Below the pieces are notes generated by a model, which ran no database searches, was not told the DNA's origin, and worked only from the letters and a program-made list of their open reading frames with translations. This document shows positions 1 through 8,149 of a stretch of DNA of 49,337 nucleotides, piece by piece. The stretch's first letter is position 1; each line of letters begins with the position of its first letter. This stretch comes from an uncultured Bacteroidales bacterium. GTDB lineage: Bacteria; Bacteroidota; Bacteroidia; Bacteroidales; UBA12077. The DNA is taken from positions 1 to 49,337 of the forward strand of contig CAYNPZ010000004.1 of the NCBI GenBank assembly GCA_964399175.1, given 5' to 3'. Made by a program: the position numbers and the translations under genes.

Positions 1-180
1 TAACAATTTAACCATTCAACCTTTATTATCTAAGCTACCGTCATTGCTTACCCGAAAACAAAAGCAAAATCCCGGTTGTTATGACATCACGGATTAATTT
101 AATGTAAAAATAACCTTGTAAAATTGTTAATATATGGAATAATTTTTATTTTAATTGGCTAAATAATAATCTTCAGAAGG

Positions 181-609
181 ATGAAAACACAAGATAATCA
201 GGATTTAGAATCTCATCAGGGAAAAGAAGAAAGCTCGAAAAAAGAGGGCTCCCGGGAAAAGTCTAAAGATCAGAAGGCAAATCAGTCAATTACCACTGGG
301 GAAGCTTCGGAACTTGAAAAAGTAGATGAGAAAGAAGACAATCTTTATGAGGAAATAAAAAAATACTCCAGGGAGATCAACAAGACGGTAAAAGCGCTTT
401 TAAAAAGCAGGGAAGAAATGGAAGAAGCGCAGAAAGAGAAGGAAAAGGCCGAAAAGGATCTGAAGAAAGCAGAAAAGAAGATGAAAAAAAGGCAGAATGC
501 TTTTCAGAAGGCTGAACAAAAATTTAAGGAAAAGGAAAAGCAATACAACGAACTCCTTAAAAAGATTGAAGATCAAAAGAAAGTTCTTGAAAAGCTGCAG
601 GATGTATAA
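181..609 (+). CDS. Lys/Glu-rich coiled-coil hypothetical protein
   Basis: 142-aa ORF with a low-complexity N-terminus and heptad-like EK-rich C-terminal half; 33 bp upstream of the CHAD gene on the same strand. Confidence 0.75.
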   Translation: MKTQDNQDLESHQGKEESSKKEGSREKSKDQKANQSITTGEASELEKVDEKEDNLYEEIKKYSREINKTVKALLKSREEMEEAQKEKEKAEKDLKKAEKKMKKRQNAFQKAEQKFKEKEKQYNELLKKIEDQKKVLEKLQDV

Positions 610-642
610 CATCCAAATTGTTAAATCCAAACAGGCGTAGCT

Positions 643-1500
643 TTGGCTAAGACAGTTGACAAATTATTCGATAAGTACCTCAGTAAATTTGAAACAGAGT
701 TTCTAAGGGCCATCAATACAGATGATGAGGAAGCCATCCATGATCTGAGGGTTTCGATCAAAAAGATGCGGGCTTTATTCTTGTTCTTCAGGGAGGCAGG
801 TTTTGCAGATGTAAAATCCGATTATAAATACCTGAGGAAATTAAAGGATGTATTCAAAAAAGCCGGAAAGCTCAGGGAATCTCATATTCATAAAAACTTA
901 CTGGAGGAGTATAAAAACCGTACCGGTAAAGATTTCAACGCTTTGGAAAGATATGTAGATGAACAGGAAAAAGAAGCCAGACAGGCCTATCATGATTTTA
1001 TGCCGGGGCTTGAGCTGAGAAAATTATACCAAACCGCCGATCAACTGCATAAAACAATCGATAATATACCTTCAAAAAAACTGAACAAAAAGCTTTACGA
1101 CTTTGTAAAAAGCAGGGTGGATGAATGTCATGGTTTTATGTTCGAACAACATTATGAACAGCATCTGCACCAGATCCGGAAATACCTCAAGCACATCCGC
1201 TTCATTATTGGCCAAAAGATAGGCAACATCCATGAGATGTTCGAAAACGAAATCGATTTCAAAGACACCAAAAAGGTAGAAGACATTTTGGGCGAGTGGC
1301 ATGACCGGGACGAATTCCGAAAACTACTGGAAGAATTTTATAATCAGCTGGATGAAAATCGACAGAAGGAGGTATATGAAACCTATAAAACCTATAAGGA
1401 TGAAGTGGAAAAGGACATTCAGGACGATGTAAAAAAGCTCCGCCCCGAACTTGTTCACCTATTCTCGCTGATGAAGACGCTTCTTGAGAGGCAGAATTAG
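643..1500 (+). CDS. CHAD domain protein (polyphosphate-binding family)
   Basis: CHAD motifs IHDLRVSIKKMRA, AGKLRESHI, LHQIRKYLKHIRF, LGEWHD; TTG start. Confidence 0.85.
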   Translation: MAKTVDKLFDKYLSKFETEFLRAINTDDEEAIHDLRVSIKKMRALFLFFREAGFADVKSDYKYLRKLKDVFKKAGKLRESHIHKNLLEEYKNRTGKDFNALERYVDEQEKEARQAYHDFMPGLELRKLYQTADQLHKTIDNIPSKKLNKKLYDFVKSRVDECHGFMFEQHYEQHLHQIRKYLKHIRFIIGQKIGNIHEMFENEIDFKDTKKVEDILGEWHDRDEFRKLLEEFYNQLDENRQKEVYETYKTYKDEVEKDIQDDVKKLRPELVHLFSLMKTLLERQN

Positions 1501-1642
1501 TTTTCCGCAGATCCTCTTGTATATTGTAAAACTTAATAAACAAGAATATCAAGGAAAATTGAGGTGTATATCTATAAAACCGCAGCAACAATGCTAGTGT
1601 TCTTTAATCTCTTATTCAAACTTTCCCAAAATCATCCTTGAT

Positions 1643-2328
1643 TCAGGATCCTTCATTCCTTCTTTCTCCAACTGCCCGTATCAACATTCTTATGCTTCGT
1701 GCAGAAATAGGTTTATTAATCTCATGGAGATATTCCTGCACTTTCCTCAGCTTGTCCACCTCAACTTCGAATTCCAGGTTCATCCTTTGCAAGGTTTCAT
1801 ATACCTCAACTGCACGCTCACCGCCATCCCTGTTTGCTTTTTCCGCCAATACCCGGGTCACATTATGATGCGAAGATTGCAGGATTTTCTTTATTTTTCG
1901 GTGTATTATTCTTCTTGCATTACAATCGGTATGCTCAAGAATAATAATGGTGCTGGTATCGTTTATGTAACGATAGATGCTGTTGCGAAAACCATTCCAA
2001 AGCCCTTCGTGATAAGCCACCCAATCATTTCTTCCATCCTGTTTCAGCCGAAAACCAAAGCCATAGGGTATTTCCCGTCCACTTTCCAGTTTCCCCCTTT
2101 TGAAAACATCTTCAAGCACTTTCTGTGAAACCAGTTCATTGGAATACAGTGCCCGGTCCCATTTATAAAGATCGATCGCCGAAGCACAAAGTCCTTTATC
2201 CCCCACCACTCCATCTGCTGAGTTTCGGGCACCCAATAATTGTTTGGGGAACGTCTGTAGCCTTTCAAAAGGTTTTCATAGGTCCGGTCTTCATAAGTAG
2301 AACTGTAAACAAAGGAATGATGCATCAT
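1643..2328 (-). pseudogene. 5'-truncated, frameshifted serine hydrolase (AmpC/beta-lactamase-related family)
   Basis: MHHSFVY...KGYRR (frame of ORF 2044-2328) shifts near 2215-2236 into DGVVGDKGLCASAIDLYKWDRAL...YGFGF...HEGLWNGFRNS (frame of ORF 1643-2236); no SxxK/YxN region; in-frame TGA five codons upstream of 2328. Confidence 0.75.
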
Positions 2329-2584
2329 GCGTGCGAATATATTTCAATTTTTTTTTGGGGGTAGATTCAACCAGAAATATTGACAAATAATTCTGTGGCT
2401 ATATCATTGGTCAGAATAAAAATTCGGACAAATACATCTTAAATTGGGCAAAAGAGCACCATAAAAGGGTTAATTATTATTTAGACTGATTCAATATAAT
2501 ACCATAATTTTATCCAGACAGTGTAAATTATTAATTTTACATCTTTTAAATTGATCTAGTAAGGACCAAAAAAACAGACGTACT

Positions 2585-3505
2585 ATGAAACGAAGAGATT
2601 TTTTAAAGAAGAGCATAGGAGCAGGATTTTTTGCAGGCTCAATGGCCTCATTGGGTTCACCTAAAATTTTTGCAAACACGGTAAACAATAATCAACTCCC
2701 ATATGATCTGGTAGCTATTAAAGATGGCACACCCGAAGAGATGTTCGATCGGGCCATTGAAGCGATGGGAGGGATGAAAAAGTTTGTCAAGCCGGGGCAA
2801 AGAGTTGTAGTCAAGCCCAATATAGGATGGGCTGTAAGTCCTGAAAGAGGAGGCAACACCAATCCAGCCCTGGTCAAAAGAATCATTGAGCATTGTTTCG
2901 AAGCCGGAGCAAAAAAAGTTCACGTATTTGATCATCCGGTAGAAGAATGGAGAAAATGTTACAAACAGAGCGGTCTAGAAAAAGCCGCCAGGGACGCGGG
3001 TGCCACTGTTGCCCCGGCACACTCGGAAAGGTACTTCCAGGAAGTTGAAATTCCCAAAGGCAAGCGGCTCAAAAAGGCCAAAGAGCATGAATTGGCGCTC
3101 GAATCCGATGTATTTATCAATGTGCCCATTCTGAAAACCCATAATTCAGCTACTCTGACCATAGCCATGAAAAATCTTATGGGAAATATATGGGACAGGG
3201 GATTCTGGCACAGAAACGGACTGCACCAGTGTATTGCTGACTTTATTTCCCACAGGAAGCCGGATCTCAATATAGTGGATGCCTACCGCGTGATGAGAAG
3301 AAACGGCCCGCGGGGCGTATCCGAGAATGATGTAGCAATGATGAAATACCAGATCATCTCCGATGACATCGTTGCAGCAGACGCTTCTGCTACGAAGATC
3401 TTCGGAAAAGAGATCGACCAGATAAACCATATTGATATTGCCGGTAAGTTAGGATACGGAGAGAAAGACCTGTCTAAACTGAATATAAGAAGATTAAAAA
3501 TCTAG
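2585..3505 (+). CDS. DUF362 domain protein with Tat signal peptide
   Basis: N-terminal MKRRDFLKK twin-arginine motif; VVVKPNIGW, TNPALV, INVPILKTH, AMKNLMG, DIVAAD motifs. Confidence 0.88.
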   Translation: MKRRDFLKKSIGAGFFAGSMASLGSPKIFANTVNNNQLPYDLVAIKDGTPEEMFDRAIEAMGGMKKFVKPGQRVVVKPNIGWAVSPERGGNTNPALVKRIIEHCFEAGAKKVHVFDHPVEEWRKCYKQSGLEKAARDAGATVAPAHSERYFQEVEIPKGKRLKKAKEHELALESDVFINVPILKTHNSATLTIAMKNLMGNIWDRGFWHRNGLHQCIADFISHRKPDLNIVDAYRVMRRNGPRGVSENDVAMMKYQIISDDIVAADASATKIFGKEIDQINHIDIAGKLGYGEKDLSKLNIRRLKI

Positions 3506-3542
3506 AATGGTGAAAAGAACATAAGCTGTGTTGATCTCATTC

Positions 3543-3698
3543 AGAGGCTGTTCAAAAAATCCTTCGTACTTAAGAAATTCTCCGGGCTCCTTTGTGGTTA
3601 AATATAAATTATTAAAGCACAAGGGATAAAAAAGCAAAAGCGCACAAAGCAAAGAATGTTTGTAGGAATGGATTTTAAATACTTTTTGAACAGCCTCT
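3543..3698. mobile_element. MITE-like element (156 bp) with perfect 16-bp terminal inverted repeats
   Basis: AGAGGCTGTTCAAAAA at 3543-3558 and its exact reverse complement TTTTTGAACAGCCTCT at 3683-3698; no ORF inside; lies between two co-oriented genes. Confidence 0.65.
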
Positions 3699-3756
3699 AA
3701 ATTTTTTCAAGCATATCAGAATCAAAATTTCCTAACCAATAACAAATTATCCTTAT

Positions 3757-5379
3757 ATGAAATACAAGACACTAAAGCGGATCAGGGTAATTATATCCTT
3801 GCTGTTTCTGATTTTTCTGGGAGCATTTTTTCTGGATTTTGCCGATGCTTTTCCTACAGGAGTAATAAAAGGAGTGGTCTTTCTACAGTTTGTCCCTTCG
3901 GCTTTAAAATTTTTCAATGTTTTTTCATTGATTGCCGTGGGTTTTATTGTTATTCTAATCCTTACATTATTGTTTGGCAGGGTTTACTGTTCGACCATAT
4001 GCCCGCTTGGCATCCTGCAGGATGTAATAAGCTTTCTCAAGCTGAAACTGAATAAAAAACAAAAGAGATACAAGTATCGGTATTTAAAGGCCTTCAGATG
4101 GCTCAGGTATTCCATACTTGCCGTAACCCTTGCCTTTTTATTCAGCGGGAGCATACTGGCACTTTCTCTTCTGGATCCATACAGCATATTCGGACGGATC
4201 ATCTCAGATATTTTCAGTCCCATGCTGACACAGGGGAACAACCTGCTTGCTTCCATTCTGAACAACTTTGACATTTACGCGCTTTACCAAATAGATCCCT
4301 TTCCTCCTCATATAGGAATCATCAGCATTTCCATTGGTTTTCTGATACTGGTGGGGTGGCTGGCTCTAACCAAAGGAAGGCTATACTGCAACACGGTTTG
4401 CCCGGTGGGTACTTTTCTGGGGCTGGTATCCAAAATTTCACTTTATAAGATCAGGTTGAACGAGGATACCTGTACAAAATGCGGCTTATGCGAGAAAGCC
4501 TGTAAAGGAGGCTGTATAGAAACAAAAACACAAACGGTCGATTTTTCCAGATGCGTGGGTTGTTTTAATTGCCTTCAGGTTTGTCCTTTTTCCAGTGCCG
4601 AATACAGCCTGAACCCGTTATATACTTCTCTGAAGCCTTCTATAGCAGGCACTTCAGGAGTATCTCAGGCTTCCGGTGAAGGAATGAATGCTCAAACTTC
4701 ACATAAAACGGATACCAGCAAACGAAAATTTTTGGCAGCCTTGGGCATGGCTTTCTGGGGTATCTCCAGACTCGGCAAAGCTCAGGAACTGGTATCTCAT
4801 AGCGCCACCACACCTATTAAAAGGGAAAATCCCATTTCACCCCCGGGAGCCGAAAATACAGAGCGCTTCAATGAGGCCTGTACAGCATGTCATTTGTGTG
4901 TTAATGCCTGTCCTACAGGCGTATTGCAGCCTTCTCTTCTGGATTACGGGATCAAAGGATTTATGCAGCCTAAAGTAGACGCGCAGGCAGGCTTTTGCGA
5001 CTACGAATGCGTGGCTTGTACCGATGTATGTCCCACAGGGGCACTCCTTCCTTTAAAACTTGAGAATAAACAGTTGACTCAGCTTGGAAAATCCAATTTT
5101 GTCAAAGAAAACTGTATTGTAGAAACGGAAGGAACGAACTGTGGAGCTTGCTCAGAGGTTTGTCCTACAAAAGCTGTATATATGGTTGATTATGGTGAGG
5201 GACTGAAAATACCCGAAGTAAACAACGACATTTGTGTGGGTTGCGCAGCATGTGAACATGCCTGCCCTACTATGCCCTATAAAGCCATTTACGTGGAGGG
5301 TAATCCCGTACACCTGGATGCAGAAAAACCTGACCAGGAAAAAGTGAAGGTTGAACAAAAAGAGGATTTTCCATTTTAA
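3757..5379 (+). CDS. Membrane-bound polyferredoxin (NapH/MauN-like membrane domain fused to a NapG/MauM-like 4Fe-4S domain)
   Basis: Several TM segments; GRVYCSTICPLG and GRLYCNTVCPVG motifs; six CxxC(x)nCxxxC(P)-type clusters; internal SKRKFL motif followed by a hydrophobic stretch. Confidence 0.88.
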   Translation: MKYKTLKRIRVIISLLFLIFLGAFFLDFADAFPTGVIKGVVFLQFVPSALKFFNVFSLIAVGFIVILILTLLFGRVYCSTICPLGILQDVISFLKLKLNKKQKRYKYRYLKAFRWLRYSILAVTLAFLFSGSILALSLLDPYSIFGRIISDIFSPMLTQGNNLLASILNNFDIYALYQIDPFPPHIGIISISIGFLILVGWLALTKGRLYCNTVCPVGTFLGLVSKISLYKIRLNEDTCTKCGLCEKACKGGCIETKTQTVDFSRCVGCFNCLQVCPFSSAEYSLNPLYTSLKPSIAGTSGVSQASGEGMNAQTSHKTDTSKRKFLAALGMAFWGISRLGKAQELVSHSATTPIKRENPISPPGAENTERFNEACTACHLCVNACPTGVLQPSLLDYGIKGFMQPKVDAQAGFCDYECVACTDVCPTGALLPLKLENKQLTQLGKSNFVKENCIVETEGTNCGACSEVCPTKAVYMVDYGEGLKIPEVNNDICVGCAACEHACPTMPYKAIYVEGNPVHLDAEKPDQEKVKVEQKEDFPF

Positions 5380-5407
5380 TCCGGATATTAAAATTCAAAT
5401 TCAGATA

Positions 5408-5439
5408 AACAGAGGCTGTGCAAAAGTACAGCCTCTGTT
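5408..5439. terminator. Hairpin between convergent genes, probable bidirectional terminator
   Basis: AACAGAGGCTGTGC-AAAA-GTACAGCCTCTGTT, 14-bp stem with one G-U pair. Confidence 0.7.
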
Positions 5440-5834
5440 CATTTATCAAGGTATTTGCTCAGAACGCTGAAAATGCGGTTGCGCTTAACAGGTTTTGAAA
5501 TATAATCGTTACAACCTGCTTCAATGCTTGTATCCTTATCATCTGCCATGGCATAGGCAGTTAAGGCGATGATGGGAAGCTCCTCTGAAAACTTTCTTAT
5601 CTCCCTCGCAGCTTCCAGACCGTCCATCTCCGGCATCTTAACATCCATCAGCACCAGTTCAATGCCTGGATTTCTTTTGCACTGAAGGATGGCTTCTTTT
5701 CCGTTTTTGGCCCTGAGAACCTTCACCCCCGTATTTCTTAATGCCAGCTTCAGATATTTGAAGTTGCTTTCTTCATCTTCGGCAATCAAAATGGTCTTGT
5801 TCTCCCAATTTTTCGTTGAATCAGCTGAGTGCAT
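5439..5834 (-). CDS. Single-domain response regulator (REC)
   Basis: ILIAEDE, VLMDVKMPEMDG, IIALTA, YISKP. Confidence 0.92.
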   Translation of the reverse strand: MHSADSTKNWENKTILIAEDEESNFKYLKLALRNTGVKVLRAKNGKEAILQCKRNPGIELVLMDVKMPEMDGLEAAREIRKFSEELPIIALTAYAMADDKDTSIEAGCNDYISKPVKRNRIFSVLSKYLDK

Positions 5835-5846
5835 ATCATTAATTTT

Positions 5847-7292
5847 CTATGAATTCTGTGTCTTTACAGGTAAGGTAAAATAAAAAACAGATCCTTCATG
5901 TGGCAGGGAATCGAGAGAAATCTCCCCATGCATTTTCTCCACCAAAATTTTGCTTATTGTCAGTCCCAGGCCCGCCCCACGGAATATTTTCTCCCTGTCG
6001 TATTCTACCTTAGTAAACCTTTGAAAAATCAATTCCTGCTGCTTTTTATTGATCCCTATTCCGGTATCCTTTACATAACATCTTATCCTTGGGTTTCCGT
6101 TTGTATAAATCATTTCATAGCCAAATTCCACTACACCCGCATCCGTAAACTTAATTGCATTGTCGAGCAGATTGCTGAACACCTGCTTCACGCGGTAAGG
6201 ATCAGCCAATACAAGATAATTGGATAAATCCGTATCCCTGTGCACCTCAAAATCAATATCCTTGTAGGCTGCGGTTTCTGAAAAGGCATCGTACAATTCG
6301 TCCAGAATTTCATTAACAGCACAATTCACCTGCTTAACCTGCATCTGGCCGGCATCAATTGTAGCCAGGTCAATAATGTTATCAATCAGATTCAACAGGG
6401 TGTTGCTGTGGATATTAATCTGATTGATCAATTCCCTGCGAATATCGGAATTGATATCCTGATCATTCAGGAGATTGGAAAAACCCACTATGGCATTCAT
6501 CGGGGTTCTGATCTCATGCGACATATTGGCCAAAAATGAGCTCTTTAGCCGATCTGCTTCTTCTGCACGTTCCTTGGCCTGCTGCAGATCTTTCGTTCGC
6601 TGGTCAACAAGCTGTTCCAGCTGGGTCCTGTGTTCTTCCAGTTCCTCATTTTGCTTTTCGATATACCGTTTTTGCTCCTGCGCATAATCCCGCTGAGCTT
6701 CTATTTCGGTCTTCTGCTTTTTAATCTCCTCCTGTGCATATTTTAACTTGCTTATGTCACTGTCTATGGCAATAACCTTCTCAACTTCCCCATCTTTATT
6801 AAGAATGGGTGTAAGCGTGGTATGGGTCCATACAAAATGCCTGTTGCTGGTCTGACTCTGACATTCAAATATTTTCGTCTCCCTTTTTGATATGCATGAC
6901 TGAAAGGCATTAGAAATGTTTTTTATATCAATGAAATCCTGATCCTGATTTTTCAGCTTTTCGAGATTATACCCATAAATCTTGTTAAAACCTTCATTTA
7001 CCCATTGAATTCTTCCTTCCGGGGTAATGATCATAACGGCATTGTCCGTTTCACTGGCCACAATCGATAGTTTCTGAAGTTCCTCGTTGGTTCTGGCAAG
7101 CTTCTCTGACTGTTCTTTTAACTCTTCCTTGGTTTGTTCGATCTCCCTGGTTCTTTCCTCAACCATCCTTTGCAGCTTTCGGTTTCTCCTTTCTAATCTC
7201 CTTGTATATCGGCGAAAAATCAACCAGGCAATCAATAATGCAACTAGAATATAAAAGGTGATGGATATGGGATGCAGGTACCAGATTTCCAT
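5847..7292 (-). CDS. PAS-domain sensor histidine kinase
   Basis: Single N-terminal TM helix, coiled coil, PAS ([12 protein letters not shown]), H-box [17 protein letters not shown]-box [11 protein letters not shown]-boxes DTGIG and GAGLGL. Confidence 0.92.
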   Translation of the reverse strand: MEIWYLHPISITFYILVALLIAWLIFRRYTRRLERRNRKLQRMVEERTREIEQTKEELKEQSEKLARTNEELQKLSIVASETDNAVMIITPEGRIQWVNEGFNKIYGYNLEKLKNQDQDFIDIKNISNAFQSCISKRETKIFECQSQTSNRHFVWTHTTLTPILNKDGEVEKVIAIDSDISKLKYAQEEIKKQKTEIEAQRDYAQEQKRYIEKQNEELEEHRTQLEQLVDQRTKDLQQAKERAEEADRLKSSFLANMSHEIRTPMNAIVGFSNLLNDQDINSDIRRELINQINIHSNTLLNLIDNIIDLATIDAGQMQVKQVNCAVNEILDELYDAFSETAAYKDIDFEVHRDTDLSNYLVLADPYRVKQVFSNLLDNAIKFTDAGVVEFGYEMIYTNGNPRIRCYVKDTGIGINKKQQELIFQRFTKVEYDREKIFRGAGLGLTISKILVEKMHGEISLDSLPHEGSVFYFTLPVKTQNS

Positions 7293-7296
7293 TACG

Positions 7297-8028
7297 TCAA
7301 GTCTTTATGTACAGTTTTTTGTTTCTTATATATATCATGGATAAGCTGAGTAAAAGTAAAAGTATACCAAAAATATAAATCCACCAGTTAAAACCCTGGG
7401 GTGAATAATTTAATGTTATGGCCTCCAGGTTATCAAACAGTGTCTCGTTAGATTTACTGTAATTATCGATAACATAAGACATATAATCCCAGATAAAAGA
7501 AACAAATATCACTACTGCACCACCAATCAACACCAGCCATTCTCTGACCTCAAAAAACACATTGAAATTGGATAAGCGGTTAAAATATCGGATGGCCAGA
7601 GCAAACAGGATCATGATCAAAGAAATTATTATTGGAGTAATTACGGGACCCGTCCATGCAACAGGTACGAGGAAAAGGATATCCCACGTCATCAGAGAAG
7701 CAGGCCAACCCAGAAGCAATTTCAGAAATATATAATAAAATATATCCCATACCGCAAATATATAAAGAAAATTGGCGAAACGTTGCATAAAATTTCTCGT
7801 AGCAATAAGCGCCACGCTGATAATCATCAACAGCGAGAACAATTCTCTGAAAAACTCGGTTACAGCTATATGGGGTCCTACTACTTCCAGGGGGAAAGAA
7901 AATCCTTCCGGGTAATACAAAGCTCTGAGATAAACAACAATGGAACTTTCAAAAAACGCCATGGAGATACCGAATAATGTAATCCAGAGCAGTTGGATGT
8001 TAGATTCTTTACTCCAGGTTGTAACCAT
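7297..8028 (-). CDS. Polytopic membrane protein of unknown function
   Basis: About 6 hydrophobic segments with [15 protein letters not shown] and TWDILFLVP motifs; ends 4 bp before the kinase start. Confidence 0.8.
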   Translation of the reverse strand: MVTTWSKESNIQLLWITLFGISMAFFESSIVVYLRALYYPEGFSFPLEVVGPHIAVTEFFRELFSLLMIISVALIATRNFMQRFANFLYIFAVWDIFYYIFLKLLLGWPASLMTWDILFLVPVAWTGPVITPIIISLIMILFALAIRYFNRLSNFNVFFEVREWLVLIGGAVVIFVSFIWDYMSYVIDNYSKSNETLFDNLEAITLNYSPQGFNWWIYIFGILLLLLSLSMIYIRNKKLYIKT

Positions 8029-8117
8029 AAAAAAATATTTTTTTTGATTAACGAAAAAATACTATAATTATGATGATCAAACAAAATATATAAGATGCTC
8101 TGAAAGTTTGAAAATAT

Positions 8118-8125
8118 TAATTTTG
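8118..8125 (+). promoter_or_regulatory. Bacteroidota sigmaA -7 element upstream of mutS2
   Basis: TAATTTTG matches TAnnTTTG; similar boxes precede other genes (12732-12739 +, 20494-20501 -, 22468-22475 -, 26638-26645 +, 41986-41993 +). Confidence 0.55.
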
Positions 8126-8149
8126 CAGATAATTCAAAAATGAACGATT

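Noticed and set aside
95-150. Pho box or sigma54 site upstream of the CHAD operon
   Set aside because: TGTAAAA repeats have 14-bp rather than 11-bp spacing, and TGGAATAATTTTTAT is too weak a match in AT-rich DNA
2215-2236. Programmed frameshift in the serine hydrolase
   Set aside because: No slippery heptamer at the shift, and the gene also lacks its catalytic N-terminal half, so decay is the simpler explanation
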